DNA of 63,387 bases, the filler included, from Reticulomyxa filosa (lineage: Eukaryota > Protista > Foraminifera), in NCBI GenBank assembly GCA_000512085.1. It is 16 parts of 16 records of this genome, joined end to end, with 100 filler letters (N's around TTAATTAATTAA, not from the genome) between each part and the next. Parts side by side here need not be neighbours in the genome. Positions count along the whole stretch, not along the records: positions 1 to 12,734 come from ASPP01008704.1; 15 more parts are not named here. The stretch is one strand, 5' to 3'. The notes under the pieces were generated by a model that was not told the origin of the DNA, did no database searches, and worked only from the letters and a program-made list of their open reading frames with translations. Position numbers and translations under genes: made by a program. Position 1 is the first letter of the stretch, and every line of letters starts with the position of its first letter. Positions 1 through 12,834 of this stretch are shown one piece after another.

Positions 1-1394
1 TCATATGATACCGTTTTAGGCGTTCAGTTTTCTTTGCAACCTAATGTACTAAAAAAGCACTTTTTTTGGATATACAGTTTTTTTTGCAAACTAATGTAAT
101 ACGATCTTCAACAAACGAATCGTTGACTCCTATTTCTATTGTGGTAATGTTTCTACTTAAAACTTTCAAGCTCAAAAAGGAAAAGAAAATGTGTTTATTT
201 AACTATTTTCAAATGAAAGCGACGAAAACATCAATATTAATCTCGCCACCACTAGCACTGGACGTAAAACGATGAAACGAACTGTTCTGAAAAAGTGAAA
301 TAAATATTTTACAGAAAAAAGTTACATTTTCTTTAATACCAAAGATTGTTCAATTTTTTACTTGCAAACACATTTCAGTAACTGTGTTCAATAATTTCTA
401 AGTCGAAAACAAAGTAAAAAATTAAACAACATTTGATTCATAAATCAAATTTGACAATAAATGTAAAAATTGCTAACATGAAAAGTAAATAGCAAATAAA
501 TTGAACATTGCATTGAAATGTATTCAAATGAGCCACACTAATACCGTGCGGATAATAGGTAATAAACAAAGGTTATTATCACTGCCACCAACAATTGCTC
601 GTACTCCAAAATAATGCTCTTCATCTACTAATGGAAATTATGTTGTCATTTTTGTTAGTCAACTAAATCCATTCGTCATATCTTTTTTTAAGTTTTCATT
701 TTCGATTGCCTTATCAACACCCAAACACATATCTCATTATTGCCTTATGTTTAGCTAACCCACCAAACAACAATAAAGTGATTAAATCTCGGCTTTCCTT
801 ATCATCTTCAGTCTTTACTATACAGTGTCAATAGTGAAACGCCTTCTGGTAATAGGTAATGTACTTATGCTAATTTTGAATTGTATGATATGAATGACAT
901 TCCTTATTTTTAAAACTGCCACAAACAAGAATTTCGTGTTTATATGTCATATATTGCGCATACTGAAGTGACTTTGAAATCAACGAAAGTTTGAAAGTGA
1001 TTTGAAATAGTTGGGCTTGTGGTCTGTTCTGACTTCAGACCAGTTATATCCATCTTAATAAAAAAGGCAAAATAACAATTTTAAGCTCGTAAAAGATCCA
1101 GATAATGTCAATATAAAGAGTTATTTACAGACACAAGGGACAGTTTCAAAACACACATTCGTTATGAAATTTTCTAAATACATATGATAATGACGGCTAT
1201 CATTTTGTAGTCCTGTATATTCACGCTTTAGCAGTTTACGGCACACTTATTAAGTTCTATAAGGTAAAAAAAAAATAAACGTTGCTACGTAAAAGAATAT
1301 CTAAAACGTACATGAATTTTTTAGAGGAAAAAATTTTCAAAAAAAGACAAAATCACTCCAATAATTCCATTGCATATAAATACCACATTGAAAG

Positions 1395-3683
1395 ATGAAT
1401 CCAAGTGAAAATGCTTCAACTAACTATATCCCTACGGACAACAATGCTTGCGTTGAAACTTTGACTTCATTACCTACTCCACTTTTCCAGAGCGAATGTG
1501 TGGTTCACGGACGTGAAATTCTTATTTGTGGTGGCTATGAAAATCAACAATGTTACTCTTATCATACAGTTCGAAATGAATACAAGTTCATTTGTTCTTA
1601 TCCAACGGAGGTCCTGTTACGTGGACATTGTGTGGTAAAACTCGTGAATAAGACTAAAAATTCGGACGAAGTCACCTTGCTATCTTTTGGTGGATATCCC
1701 AGACATACTTTGATGATGGAATATGTTAGTGTTTGGGACAATGGGGATGAAGCTGGAATAAAAGATACAAAGCATTGCAATAAATGGATAACAGCCAATG
1801 ACAAAAAAAAAAAGCCAGTGCATATCGGTAGAGATAAAGACAATTATGAAGGAGCGCGTGCAGTAATTGGTGGAAGCAATAACCATTTATTGTTTATTAC
1901 TTATCAATTAAACAATATAAGCGTGTTTGATTTGAATTTATTCCAATTTGTCAAACATAAAACTTTACCAATTACAAAGGATTGGCCAAGATGTCCTTTG
2001 TTTATTTCAAAAAGTGAAAATAAAAATGAAATGTTATTGTTTTGTGACAAGAAAAAATTAATAATTAATTACAATGAAAATTGTAACAAACTTCAATTTT
2101 GTGAAATACCTGTTGATGTTCCGATAATTAAAAGATGTGGATCTGTATATGCCAATGATACAGTTCTCTTTTTTGGTGGGATGGGTAATATTGTTGGTTT
2201 CAAAGAAGTTGCTTTATCTATTGTACACAAATATTCAATAAAACAAAGCCAGTGGATGAGTTGTGGACATAGTTTACCTATTCCGTTATATGATTGTACT
2301 ACAGTATTAAGTGATGACAAAAAATTTGTACATATCATTGGGGGTAAGGACGATAGAAAAAATGCTATGACAACGCACATGAAAACAAAGGTAGAATCAT
2401 GGGTAGAGGAAATAGAACACAGGGAAATGAAAAGCGAAAATCAGCCAGAAGAGCAATCAAAAAAAGACACTATAGAGACGTTAGATTTGAAAAAACATTG
2501 GAGTAAGGATTGGATAAATGCAAATGTAGAGGCAGCAAAAACTGTAGAGGGAATGATCCAAAAAAAAGAAGAGGACTTATCGTTGTAACGAACACCGATA
2601 CATTGGAAAACAATGTTAATTTACTTACATTCGAAGATGCAAGCAAATTGGAAAAAAAAAGATTTGGAAAATATTATGTATATGTAATACAAAGAAATTT
2701 GCTAATATGGAATGATGTAACTATTGATGGAAATGTATATGTTATTGATTGTGCAATTCCCTGTCAAGGAAAAGTAGGTATTACAACTCAACTTTTTGTT
2801 ACAGCAGGAGCGACAGTAGATAATAAGATAAAACAATCTATCACTCCAATTCAATGGAATAGCAAAATGCACCATGATATTTTGCTACAACTTCAAGACC
2901 TTGCTAACGAAGAACAACAATGCTTGAGAAAAAAACTTTTTGACAATGCACTTGTTTATGCAAAAAATTCTTTGAGACTTTCGATTGACACTTTCGGATA
3001 TGATCATCCCTTTGTCGCGAATGCGTATGAAAGTATGGGTGATATCTGTTACAATAAAAAAAATTACTGTGATTCAATTGGATATTATAAAAAAGCATTA
3101 CAAATAAGGCTAGATTTTTTTGGAAACAATCACAGTGAAGTTGCTTTTTCGTACTTTATTTTAGGCAAAAATTGCTATGAAAAAAAGATTTACTCAAGCA
3201 ATTGATTATTTCCAGAAAGAGTTAAAAATTCGATTGGATATTTTCAGCAACTTCAAAATCGAACTTGCGAATACATACAATTACTTAGGCAGTTCTCATC
3301 ATCATAAAGGCAACTATGTTGAAGCAATTGAATACTATAAAAAAGCATTGCAAATTAGATTGGATATTTTCGGTGTTGACCACAACCTTGTTGCTGATTT
3401 GTACAACAATTTGGGACGCACTTACTATGTGAAGAAGCAATATACCGATGCAATTAAATGCAATGAAACTGCACTGAAAACAAGAAAATTAGTATTCAGA
3501 AATGCAAACAAATGTGTTGGTGATTCTTGTTACTATTTGGGTGTCATATTTGAAGAAATGGGAGAAAAGAAAACTGCATGCAAATATTTTGAAGAATCAT
3601 GGAAGATATTCAATACAGTTTTCGGAGAATGGAATAAAATAACATTGAAAGCAAAAAAAAACGTAAAAAAATTGCTTGAATGA
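1395..3683 (+). CDS. Kelch-repeat + TPR-repeat protein, split over three ORFs by two apparent 1-nt frameshifts (~2570 and ~3185)
   Basis: Kelch motifs EILICGG, CYSYH, GHCVVKL, GARAVIGG, VLFFGG, VHIIGG in 1395-2588; TPR motifs (AIEYYKKALQIRLDIFG, LYNNLG) in 2510-3205 and 3177-3683; ORF overlaps coincide with A-runs. Confidence 0.8.
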
Positions 3684-4258
3684 ATTCTGTGAAAATTGAT
3701 ATTCTTTGTTCTTGGATTTCTATCAAGAAAAAGTAATTTTTGCAATAAAGCACATGATCGCAGTTTTTTTAAATTTATTTTTAAATGTTTTGATTAATAT
3801 TTCTATTTGAAAGCACATTAAAGACGATACAGCAGAATGCAGAAAAAGTTGACACTAATATAGATGCTTGACTTTCTTTCGCATATCTATAAACCATTAG
3901 TTTAAATATAGTTTGTTTTTTATTCCATATTTACTAATTCTTCAAAAATATCCGTTCTTTTTATCTATGCAAAGTTCAACTAAAAAAAAATGAACGTCAA
4001 GGCAGTGTATTTATATATTTACCCAGCTTTTTTATGGTTACATAAAACAGTTTAGCTACGTTTTTAAAAGGATTTGTTTGTTGTTGCTGGATTCCAGTTG
4101 CTATGTCAAAAAACATAATATAACGATGACACGTGAAAAGCCACTCGTCTAAAAAGATCGTCGTTACTCCAACAGAGAAAAAAGAACAATTGTGATTTGA
4201 AAAAGAGCGATTCCTCTTTTTTGAATGAGTTGTTTGCCTATTTTTTTATGTCACTCAT

Positions 4259-5324
4259 TTATCCCCACAAACGAATCATTCCGTCATTACAACACGATAC
4301 AATAGTTTTACCATCAAATGAAACATCTATATCTCTGACGTGATTTTTGTGTCCCTCTAATTTCTGAATTTCTTTCCCTGTGTTGACATTCCATATTCGA
4401 ATTGTTTGATCACGTGAAGCTGATACAACAGATTGACCATCTGGTAAATATTTCACACTATTTATCCAATTTGAGTGCCCTTCAATTTTTTTCATTTCTT
4501 TGCTTGATTTCAAATCCCATATTCGAATAGTTTTATCACTTGAACATGAAACAAGAAAGCGACAATCAGGAGAAAACTGTGATTGCAATACTTGCTTTAA
4601 ATGCCCTTTTAATTTGTTTACTTTTTTCCCTGATTGTGCATCCCATATTTCGATTGTTGCATCAATTAATGAAGATACAATAAATCGACCATCTGGTGAA
4701 AATTGTGCATGAAGTACACAAGCTACATGTTCACCCATAACTTTGATAGTTTTGCCAGATTCTAAATCCCACACTCGAATCGTTCCATCCATGGAGCCAG
4801 ATAAAATGGTATTTCCATTTGGTGAAAATCTTGCACTTACTACAACATCTGTATGTCCTTCCAATGTTCTTACTTCTTTTCCAGAATTCACATTCCAAAG
4901 TCGGATTGTTTCGTCTTTTGAACACGATAAAATGGTATTGTTGTCGGACGAAAAATCTATATCGTTCACCCAATCTGAATGTCCTTTCAATACTTGAATA
5001 CTTTGCAGCTTTGCATCAAATATTTCAATTGTATTGCTTCCAACAGATGCAGCGATGTTAGTACCATCTTTTGAAAATTTCACACGTTTTATAGCTTGAG
5101 AATGCTTATAAAATACTGACAATTGTTTATAGTATGTCTTCTATTTATATTTTAAAACAAAAAAGCATTTGCAAAAAAAAACAAACAATAGCTCTTATTT
5201 TCATATATAGAGACTACTAAACAACATACTGTACAATGATTTTGTTGAAGTCATCAATCCATCCAATTCGAATAGATAAGGATCGAGTCCAATACCTTAA
5301 AATAAAGATAATATCCTTTTCATC
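4259..5324 (-). CDS. WD40-repeat protein (about 7 blades) with upstream spliced exon DEKDIIFILRYWTRSLSIRIGWIDDFNKIIVQY; 5' end unresolved
   Basis: GH...IRxWD repeats in 4259-5140; TAG acceptor at 5143-5141; CAG acceptor at 5327-5325. Confidence 0.88.
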
Positions 5325-6171
5325 CTGGTCGTTTTTTTATATATAAAAGAACAACTGTTATTGCATTGTGAAAATAAAAAATAACAAAATCAATTGTTAC
5401 ACTAAGTGCGTTTGCCGCCAGCGTTGTACTTCCAGTAATTGAGGCCTTGTTTCCCACTGTCGCAAAATGTATTTAAAAAAAAAGCAGCCACAAAATATGA
5501 TAGCAATATTAAAAAGGAAAAATAAACTTTCATTCAACTTTTCAATGTCTGATTACAAATTTGACCCCTTTTATTTTTGCTTTAAAAACTGTCAGTTCAG
5601 TTTGACAAGATTTCTGGGAAACGACAAACAAGAAGTTAGATTTGACGCGTTTGCCACCGTCTATTTTGATGTCAGTATTAAAATAAGATAATTGATTTAA
5701 ATTTTAAATAGTTTAAGAATTCGTCGATCAAAAACATGTGAAGCAAAAATTGTGCCAAAAAAAAAAATTTAATATTATACCAAATTTTTGACATAAAAAC
5801 TTTCCAAGTCAAAACTGAAAAAATGGAGTGCAAAAGAAAACAGAGACTGAGTATATCAATCATAGTAGCAAAGAGGGTTACAATAGCAGAAAAAACTGCG
5901 TGGTTATGAAACTTTATTTAAAAAATATTATCCATTAATTTGACTTTTTCAAATAATATGGAAAAATGAACACTACGTATAAAGTAGGATTCGATATTAA
6001 CAACCTACCAAAGATAGCCTTCTATAACTCCATTTAAATCGTTAACCCAGCCAAGAGGCTGGCTTGCACACGTTTTCAACCAATAATTGACTATCGCCTG
6101 GATCTCATGTTCAGTCTTTTTTTTTTTGAAGAGACTACACGTATAAAAAAAAAAAAAGAAATGGCTCGGAG

Positions 6172-7107
6172 TTACAAAACTCGTTCAAGTATCTTTCGGA
6201 GAGGAAGTTTTAACAGTTGTCGGGACTCTTGGTAGCCATCAACGACACCACCCATGATGTAAATACACACATCATGCTCACGGAATATAGCAAAGGAAAA
6301 CTTCATGGCCATAGATAACTTGTGGCTCGATTGTTTCCATCTGTTTTGTTTGATATTATAAATATGCACTTTATTCAAACTTAGTCCATCTACGTAATCA
6401 TAGCCTCCAAACAATATTACAAAATTACCGACATATACGTATGCGTAGTCCCATACGTGCCACAAATCAAAACAGAGGGCCAACTTTTGGTATTGAAATG
6501 TCTTTGTTTGCTCATTATACGTGATGGCAAGCCCATGATTTGTGTTACCAAACAATAGCATTTTGTTCTGTTTGGCTTTGACAAAGCAATTGCCCCCAGA
6601 TATCTTACCGTCAAACGGTAGAATGTCACTTGCAACCATTTTCAGAGATTTGGAGTCAAGTGCAACTATATGTTTTGGAGCGTAAATATAAAAGAGAAAT
6701 TGATCATTTGTTCCACCAATAAGAGCACGCACATTTCTTAAATCGTCGGTTGGGTCTCCAATCTTTTGTGGTGCTGTCGCCCAACTATGATTTTTTTTGC
6801 TTTTAGTATTCCAAACACTTTCATAGTCCAGTATCAATGTGTGCTTATTCATTCCTCCAAATGACAACAGTTTTGCACCCTTCTTTTTGTCCTTCAATTT
6901 TACCACTGCATGACCCCACAGACTCATTTGGTCTGGGTAGCTGCAGATAAATTTGTACCGGCTTTGTGATATACTGTATGTATAGCAGTTGTTATTATAT
7001 CTCCCTCCAAGAATAAGCAATTCATCTTGAAGCAGCACGCATTGGGCTTGATAGTATTGATTTGGTAGCTGGTGCAATTGTTCAAAGGGAGAATGATCAT
7101 CTGCCAT
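6172..7107 (-). CDS. Stand-alone Kelch-repeat protein, intronless
   Basis: ELLILGG, CYTYS, GHAVVKL, LLSFGG, RALIGG, VILFGG, IYIMGG; same family as 1395-2588. Confidence 0.88.
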   Translation of the reverse strand: MADDHSPFEQLHQLPNQYYQAQCVLLQDELLILGGRYNNNCYTYSISQSRYKFICSYPDQMSLWGHAVVKLKDKKKGAKLLSFGGMNKHTLILDYESVWNTKSKKNHSWATAPQKIGDPTDDLRNVRALIGGTNDQFLFYIYAPKHIVALDSKSLKMVASDILPFDGKISGGNCFVKAKQNKMLLFGNTNHGLAITYNEQTKTFQYQKLALCFDLWHVWDYAYVYVGNFVILFGGYDYVDGLSLNKVHIYNIKQNRWKQSSHKLSMAMKFSFAIFREHDVCIYIMGGVVDGYQESRQLLKLPLRKILERVL

Positions 7108-7420
7108 GGAAACTGAAAGATTTTTTTAACTGTTCGTGTTGTGCTGCCTCCCTTTTCACTGTTAATATTTTCCAGTTTCGAACGGAACACTATTCAAAGA
7201 AATTTGGAAACAAAAAAAAATTTTCATTTTTCTCACTTTGAAAGAAAAAAGATAAACTTTTTTTGTCGGTCGTACTTTAAAAAAGTTTTTAAAAAAACTT
7301 TGAGTCACAGTTTTTTTTATTCTGTCAAATAATTTTTTTTATTAATATAAGAAATTTAAAGATCAGGATACAAAAGTACCAACGTGACAGAGTCTCCAGC
7401 GCTATAATAAATTAACTCGA

Positions 7421-9112
7421 ATGGATGAGATATGGTACGACGTTAAAGAAACCAAACAAAAGAGCAATATTTACCTAAGCAATAAAATCGACAAGCAGTG
7501 TAAGAATCGTCATCGTGGCGATCGTTTTAAAAACGGCTCTGCGCCTTCTCAACGACGCGCATACAGACAAAAAAAAAGAAGAGAGATGAACAAAAGGCGA
7601 AAGAGTGTTCGACAGCAGATAAACTACAGATGTGAATTTAAAGTAATTGATAGTTGGAAAATTCCACGAAAGGCATGTAATGATATCCAAAGAGATAAAC
7701 CGTTTGTCAAAGATAAAAAAATCGGCAGCAAGAAAGCAAGCAGAAGGCGAACGAGACCACCCTTCGAAAATAACCCATGCAGTGCAAATGGTTATCGCCA
7801 TCATATTAGTTATCCTCCCACTCGTCACAAATAGTTGAGTTAGTGCATTCAAACAGAGAAGGAAGAAAAGAGGTGGGGTTCATGACTACAAAGACTAGAA
7901 ACATTTTTTAAAATTTCAAATATCGAATTAATTGTTTGTTTATGTAATGCAGTGGACGCTTTCAAGACACCAACAATGATCAGAGTAAAGAGAAAAAAGT
8001 GCAAGCTTGTGCGACAAATAACAGAGTCCAAAACGTTAAACTAGTGGCTAGGTTTGAGCTGGAGGGCCTCAGTATTCAAGACATTGCCAAGCTTGCAAAC
8101 AAAAAGATCCATCAGCTGACAGCCCAAGATTTCACTCAGGTCATGTCCAAAGTCACCGAATTCGGTGTTGAACGAATTGTTCTCAGTTTGAAAATGAAAC
8201 CCAGCGATGAGGATGTTTTAGAAGGTAAAAAACGGAGTAACTCTATGTTTTGGGTCTTGCATGTTTTTTCGAGGGATTTTTTTTTGCAAAGAGATAAGAA
8301 GGGGGGGATGGAAAATTAATAATTTATAACTGCAAATATTATTTTTTATATTAAAAAAAATAACAACGAAAAAAAGAATTTCGAAGTTTTGTGGTAATTC
8401 CCAAGGTAACATTATGTCATTTAGGAATTAATCATCAATACGATCACATTTTGCTATCAGTCCATTCCAAAATGCATTGGTATTATATGGCACATCGCGC
8501 TTTGGAAGCAGCATCCAATATTCTTATTCCGCAAATGTATGCATACAATAATCCTCCCATTTGGTCTTTTGATATTGAGCGGCATTCGTTCATGTTACAT
8601 GAATGTTTTTCTGAGCATTTTCCACTGGACGTTGTTGTTGTTACGTTTTTATTTATGTTATTGTGTTGTATACGTATTTTGCCATTATGTACCTTTCAAA
8701 CAAAAAAAATATACATATGAAGACTATTTCAGCTTATTTGGGAAGTTATTATTTAGCGTGGATCAACGTGAAAAGCTGTGACATCATTGTTCCAAATGAA
8801 CAATGGCTCGGGATATTATATTCAAGTTGGAATGACGGAAATTCTAATATTGTAAATTTCCACAACCTTTCTTCGATGTGTCGATATGAATTAAATACTG
8901 CCACACCTCTCCACCGACTCTGCAGTATTCAAGCGCTTCCAAAGGGATACCAATTATGGACCTATGAAGATTTACAAGAATTACAATGGTGGTATAGAAA
9001 ACTCCACAAACAACCTACAGCACTTGTCGAAACGGAGTATGAATCACAAACTGTTGAAGATTACATTGACAATATTTATCGCTTCGTTGTACAAGATATT
9101 TTCGGAACGTAG
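7421..9112 (+). CDS. Probable multi-exon hypothetical protein; exon structure unresolved
   Basis: Successive same-strand coding-like ORFs (7421-7834, 7999-8319, 8391-8720, 8663-9112) separated by AT-rich intron-like stretches; no domain recognised. Confidence 0.4.
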
Positions 9113-9641
9113 AATATTGTGTCGATTCTTGTCTGCCAATCCCTGCCAGATTAAGGAATTATGAGTAACTTAACGAACTGAAGTATCACAACTTGCGACT
9201 TGTGACTGCTCCTCTCTTAAATATGTATATTGTGCTTTACCAATCTTTTCTGGGCCAGCACTAAGATTTTTGATTGTTCTCTGTTCAGGAGAAGAGAAAT
9301 GAGTATCAAAGAGTAAACAGAGATTTGTTGAAGAAGAGACGTTTTAAAATTTGTGCTTTTTTTTCTAGTTTGTGTCAGAATATTTAGAGATCAGGATTTT
9401 AATTTGAAATACTTTTTTCGAGTCAATGAAAAACTTTAACATTAAAAAAAGAAAAATCAAGACATTTCTCAAAAATTCATCCGTGGCACTTTTTCCCATT
9501 CTCCGTTCCTTCTCCAAACTACTTCCGTATTTCTACTTTTGTACACGATTGTCGAAGGAACGCTCAGAACAACATCTTTTGGGAGAGGGAAAAAAAGTAC
9601 TTTGTAATACAACAAATGAACAAAAAGTGTTGTTAGTTATT

Positions 9642-11466
9642 TTAGATGCTAATTATTTTGGCAAGATGCCATACCGCGACGCCTGTCATAGACAGTAGCC
9701 TCGCCCTTGGGATCAAGGTCAACATCAGAACCGAAGAGATCCAAAATCCTAAATAAGTGGCATACCTATAATAGACATCAACAACTGAGTTGAGCCACAA
9801 AACAGACGTAAGAACATAAATAGCCACACATACATATGTAAACAACATACCAAGGCATTGCATTAGGTTTTCCTCCAAGCTTAACAAGCATTTTATCTTT
9901 AAACCCACGCAGCGACATGGTCTCTGAGAACGTATAATGTTCATCTTTATTGTTATGTCGTATGAAACGTGCGAGCATTTCATCATAATGCTTTTTGGTT
10001 GCTTGATTTTTGAACGAATAAGATTTGACCAAAGTTAATTTGGCGAGCTCAAAGTCTATTTTGGGATAAGTCTCACTTACGTCTTCACACAATGTATACT
10101 TGTACGTTCCTTGACTTCGGTGTGTCATCACCTTTTTCCGGGCCTTCAATAACACCCTTTTACTCACCAGTCCATTCAAAAATTCTTCTTTTTCCAATTC
10201 ATGGACTGCAAACGTCGGCAAAGGTGGTGGTGCAGCTTCATCTTCGTCCATCTTTTTCTGCCATGTGATACTAATCGCTTTTTTCACTCGATTTCCTTCA
10301 TAACCTGTTTTCACGCCATTTTTTTGTTGAAAGAAAAAGTAATGCACGCACAAAAAAAAAAAAAATAATCCAGCTGCGCAAATTTTTTCCCTCTTCTCCT
10401 CCAAGAAAGTAGCCTATCTCTCGCAACAGACCTGAAGGTACGATGATGGCTTGAATGCCGTCCTTATTGTTTCGATCATGGCAGTAATTGATGGCATCTT
10501 GTTCCTCCGTAAAGTACTTCACTATATATCCGGCGTTTTCTAACACGCTATCAAAATTACTATTGTTGAGCATTATCCATAGCACCATATCGTGCTATCA
10601 AAACAAACAAATAAATAAAAAAATTAAGACAAAAATAATATTCTAGCACCGCAAACAAATAGTTTCTTTTTTTTTTAAATATATATTACAAACTATGCAA
10701 AAAAAAAAAAAAAGATACGTTTTAAAAAAAGAGGGAGTAGAGCATTATAAAACTGCATTGGATGGCTTCGTGTAGCAACTTTCATAATGATAACTTTTCA
10801 TGTCCCAATTGATCACTGGATCAGTTTTTCTCAATTCGTCTGTATAATTCAAAATCAACCAAAAAATGTTTGATTGAAAAAGGGACCTCTTTTTTTTTTC
10901 GACAAAAAAAAAGGATTGAGCCCCTTGAAGTAAATGATAAAACTGTTTTTTTTATAATTATTTGATAAAAACTTGTAACCTAATAACTTGACAGTGGCGG
11001 TGTCTTGGTGCCGTAAGTACTTCCACGTGGAAGACATGCAACATTCCACTACGTACAATATGTAGACCAGAACGAAAACAGCCGCGACTAAAGGATTGCG
11101 AGAGACCAACATTACAGCCAACAATATCCATCCCAAAATGGTCAACACGAGAGACTTCACCAACTCTTTACTTTTCAACTGTTTGCAACAGTGTTGTCGT
11201 TGTGATGAACTCTTTGTTGATTCTTTTTCCAAAGGTACATCTTCACCAACCTTTTGCTCTCTTGTCATTGTCTTAGTATCCATACCTTCTTCTGCATCAT
11301 CTGCTTTTATTGTGACAAATGCATCTTGTAACCTCTTGGATTGAGGCGTCAGGTACCCTTTGTCCGCTTCTACTTCGTTTCCTAATTGCTTTGTTAAACG
11401 CTCTTGATCTGGATTATCATCTTCTTCATTTTCACTGCTTGATATTCTCTCCATTTCGTCATGCAT
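9642..11466 (-). CDS. TMEM151-family membrane protein, multi-exon
   Basis: Two TM helices then YILYVVEC..SSTWKYL; PVINWDMKSYHYE; KVMTH; CEDVS; LAKLTLVKSYSF; GFKDKML; FWISSVLMLTLIPR, the motif order of TMEM151. Confidence 0.72.
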
Positions 11467-11798
11467 TTTGTGTAATATTGGCAGAAATGTTTAGTTTAGA
11501 TCACTACGTCCCTTTTTTTGGGGGGGGAAACCCCAGAAAAGACGAACAGGAAGATGCCTTTACTTATTGCAAGCTCTACGAGTTTTGTAGATAAGGTGTT
11601 TGTTTATTGTTTACGTTCATAGCTGTTTTTTGGTTGCTTCTGGTCAATAAGAGCCCCCCCTGATATTGCTAAAAGGGAAGAGAGGGAGAAAAAATTTTCA
11701 CAAAAAGATCAAGAAAAACAGATCACTTTGTACACTTTTGAAGAAGGCCAGTTCAACTCAAAAAAAAAAAAAAAGAAATCACAACATAAGGTAGTACT

Positions 11799-12668
11799 TT
11801 ATCCTTTCGGAGTAGGACGAACATATCTACTTGAATAATCGCGTGTAATTGGTTTGGGAGCAGAAGTAGTTGTATTGGTAGCAGAGGCAGTAGTATTATT
11901 GGTATTGGGATTGACAGTTGAAATTGGTTGAACATTATTGCCATACAACTGTGGTTGCGAGCCATGAGAAGAATAAGCATGCGCATACTGTTGTTGCGGC
12001 TGAACATAGGCCGTCGAAGATATGTTGGCCGGGGTAAATGGAGGCGGCACAATTCCAGTGGGATGAGAGGATTGTTGCTTGGGACTGAAAGTAGCCTGTT
12101 CGTTGGAGTGATAAGAATATTGTTGATATTGTTGCTGTTGTTGCTGTTGTTGCTGTTGTTGAGGGATATTGTATTCGTGATCTTTTTCCGTATGTCGCTT
12201 GTTCGATCGCGATCGTTTCTCAGAAAATGAATCGCTGTCATTGGAGAGATGTATTGGAACTGGGGGCAGTGGCTTTTCCCTGTCAGTCGAGACAGGACCG
12301 TGTTTTGGAGTTCGATGTTTATGTTTCTTTTTTTCTTTGTCTTTGCCCCTGTCTCTATCTCTATCTCTTTCTCTATCTCTGTCTTTGTCTTCTTCAGGTG
12401 AATGGCTGTCATCACCATTGCTGCTGTTGTGACGATCTTTATCTTTATCTTTATCCTTGTCTTTGTCTTTGTCTTTGTCCTTGTCCTTGTGCTTTTGTTG
12501 CTGAGCCGTTGGTGTGTTTTGGTTATTATTTTTGGCGCCGAGATAAGCGAACCGGTCTTCGTTTACTGTGGAGACCACTCCTGTGTTCATCGCCAATGCC
12601 GCGTTCATATCTGCTATTCCAGTATCGTGGCGAGGTCTGTTTTCGATACTTTGGTTGGTTGCTGTCAT
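11799..12668 (-). CDS. Low-complexity exon (KD/RD dipeptide repeats, poly-Q, P/T-rich) of an unidentified protein
   Basis: 289-aa open frame with DKDKDK, RDRERD and Q runs; no folded domain recognised. Confidence 0.55.
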   Translation of the reverse strand: MTATNQSIENRPRHDTGIADMNAALAMNTGVVSTVNEDRFAYLGAKNNNQNTPTAQQQKHKDKDKDKDKDKDKDKDKDRHNSSNGDDSHSPEEDKDRDRERDRDRDRGKDKEKKKHKHRTPKHGPVSTDREKPLPPVPIHLSNDSDSFSEKRSRSNKRHTEKDHEYNIPQQQQQQQQQQQYQQYSYHSNEQATFSPKQQSSHPTGIVPPPFTPANISSTAYVQPQQQYAHAYSSHGSQPQLYGNNVQPISTVNPNTNNTTASATNTTTSAPKPITRDYSSRYVRPTPKG

Positions 12669-12734
12669 TTTTGTTTATTTATTTTTTTTGTTTGTTTATT
12701 TATTTAAAATAAAATAAAATAAAATGAAATGAAA

Positions 12735-12834
12735 NNNNNNNNNNNNNNNNNNNNNNNNNNNNNNNNNNNNNNNNNNNNTTAATTAATTAANNNNNNNNNN
12801 NNNNNNNNNNNNNNNNNNNNNNNNNNNNNNNNNN
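12735..12834. other. Artificial contig linker (44 N + TTAATTAATTAA + 44 N); first of 15 (others start at 17084, 21774, 22998, 24759, 27209, 32702, 36089, 39226, 41810, 44325, 46049, 59491, 60629, 62269)
   Basis: Identical 100-bp structure each time; the core has stops in all six frames; base composition and gene content change abruptly across them. Confidence 0.98.

Noticed and set aside
2555-3190. Programmed ribosomal frameshifting at A-runs in the Kelch-TPR gene
   Set aside because: No stimulatory structure seen; homopolymer indel error is simpler and recurs across the window.
6047-6063. Small GC hairpin CCAGCCAAGAGGCTGG downstream of the Kelch gene
   Set aside because: Too short, and in eukaryotic context; no support as a terminator or ncRNA.
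12779-12790. Recurrent TTAATTAATTAA as a biological repeat or CRISPR-like array
   Set aside because: Always centred in exactly 44+44 N; it is a six-frame-stop assembly spacer.
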